A DNA stretch of 64,000 nt. It comes from Octopus sinensis (lineage: Eukaryota). Of the stretch, positions 62,375-64,000 are shown piece by piece. The DNA is taken from positions 97,774,001 through 97,838,000 of the forward strand of contig NC_043005.1 of NCBI RefSeq assembly GCF_006345805.1, given 5' to 3'. The notes under the pieces were generated by a model that saw only the letters and a list, made by a program, of their open reading frames with translations, did no database searches and was not told the DNA's origin. The position numbers were made by a program, and so were the translations under genes. Positions within the stretch are counted from its first letter, which is position 1, and each line of letters begins with the position of its first letter.

Positions 62375-63640
62375 AATAAAGATTATAATGCTGACAGCAG
62401 AATGGAATTTAGATTGAAAATGTGTGGCATGTTAGTCTTGAATTAAACTAAATGCATGGATGAGTTAGTGATGCTATTAGGGAAGTTATGTAGCAAATAG
62501 AAGTGGGTTATAAATACTTGGAGATACTGGAAATGGACAAAACAATGGAGGAGGAAATGATGGGGAAATTTAAAGAGACTTGCCCTTAATTTGAAATTGA
62601 CTGGATGGAATAAGATTGATGCTATCAAAACATGGGCAGTCTCACTCCTTAGATATGGAGCAGAAGTAATCGCGAGGATAATAGAAGCACTAAGCTTAGA
62701 CTGAAATACAAGAAGGCTGTTGACTAGAGCGATACAGACAGACTGTTTGTACCATGAAAAAGGAGAGGAAGAGGACAGTTTGGGAGCAAACACAGCAATA
62801 GAATAGAAGAAAACAACACATACTGTACATAAAAAGTGCTGCAGGACTGCCATTGTTGGAAGTAAGAAGGTTAGTCTCATGCAAATTTGAAGATTGCAAA
62901 ATAGGACAAAGAGAAAAAGGTGGTTATGAATGGCTAAAAGTGATTTAAAACTGGAAATGGAAGCCTTAATCTTTGCTGCTTAAGAGCAAGAATTAAGAAC
63001 TAATTACACACATCAAACACAGAGTATACTACACAGTGGAAAGTGATGGATGCAGAATTTGCAGAGATAATGGGTAAAATGCATGGCACATTGCCAGAAA
63101 GAACATAAGTGGTGGCATGATAACATGGCAAAGATAGTCCATTGGGCATTTTGCAACAAATATGGAATTGACAGAGCAGAAAAGTGGTACAGACATAAAC
63201 CCAAGGGCATTATTGAAAATAATAATGCAAAGGTCTTGTGAGACTTTATAAGTCAGTGTGACCATGAGACAGAGAGTGGGAAATCAGGTACAATGATAAT
63301 TGAGAAAGAAAGCAAACAGTGTTGGATCATAGATATAGCATGTCCAGCTCCCAACAAGGTATGCGATAAATAGTTATAGCATGTCCAACCGCCAATTAAG
63401 TAAGTGATAAAGAAGAGAAAGAATCAATAGGTATGATAGATTCGCTTGGAAGGTTAAACAGGTGTTGTTACTGCAACAGGTGATAGTAATACCAAAAAGT
63501 GTCAAAACCTTAGGAATGGTAATTAAAGATCTTGAGAAATACATTGAACAAATAGGGATTACAATATGGGTGGATCACTTGCAGAAAACATTACTGCTTG
63601 AAACAGCTCAAATGCTCTAGAGGGTGCTTGAAAAATAAGG
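62375..63640 (+). mobile_element. Old R4/Dong-type LINE remnant (another lineage)
   Basis: MEFRLKMCG, WNKIDAIKTWAVSLLRYGA, EALIFAA*EQ, HDNMAKIVHWAFCNKYG..KWYRHKP, WIIDIACP, LQKTLLLETAQML. Confidence 0.8.
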
Positions 63641-63789
63641 GGTGTTACCTCAGTTCAATGGTAATGAACAACTGATACTATAATACATCTCCAGTATTAG
63701 ATGCTGAGCAAAGAAAATATATTGATGATAATTGTATTCGTAAACCATGAGATAGTGGTTTCAATTCCTCCTCCTCCTCCTTGTTATTA

Positions 63790-64000
63790 ATATCATTAAA
63801 ACAGGGGTTAACTGCCAGAATTGCTAGCATTCCAGACCAAATGCTTTTATTTTGGCTTTTATGTTCTGAGTTCAAATTCTACCAAGGTCAACTTTGCCTT
63901 TCATCCTTTCAGGGTTGATAAATTGAGTGCTAGTGAAATACTGGGGTCGATCGATGTAAGCGACTAGTCCCATCCCTCCTAGTTTGAGGCATATGTGCCT
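63790..64000 (+). mobile_element. SINE family A
   Basis: GTTCTGAGTTCAAATTCTACCAAGGTCAACTTTGCCTTTCATCCTTTCAGGGTTGATAAATT. Confidence 0.85.

Overview
Gene-free, very repeat-rich animal DNA, most likely octopus/coleoid cephalopod (inferred from the SINE/LINE repertoire and the extreme microsatellite load; not confirmed by search). I cannot support any host protein-coding gene, tRNA, rRNA or CRISPR array. Nearly all ORFs in the track are microsatellite translations or pieces of decayed retrotransposons. Contents: one near-full-length Tx1-type L1 element inside a (TATC)n tract; many R4/Dong-type (RLE) LINE copies, the youngest inside (TAA)n tracts; RTE and CR1-type LINE fragments; two DD37D/maT Tc1-mariner remnants; two mariner MITEs; a short Helitron; and more than 25 tRNA-derived SINEs of at least four types. 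The most striking signal is a set of ~470-560-bp non-coding repeats embedded in (TA)n tracts (2.3-2.8, 27.6-29.0, 38.1-39.7 and 40.0-40.6 kb). Each carries a type I hammerhead ribozyme fold with a palindromic helix III. They occur as a circularly permuted monomer, greater-than-unit tandem copies and inverted copies, which is what retrozyme-like or Penelope-derived circular-RNA retroelements would look like. Two further decayed hammerheads lie at 30.6 and 34.7 kb. Coordinates were counted by hand; element boundaries are approximate to about 10-30 bp unless a TSD or TIR is quoted.
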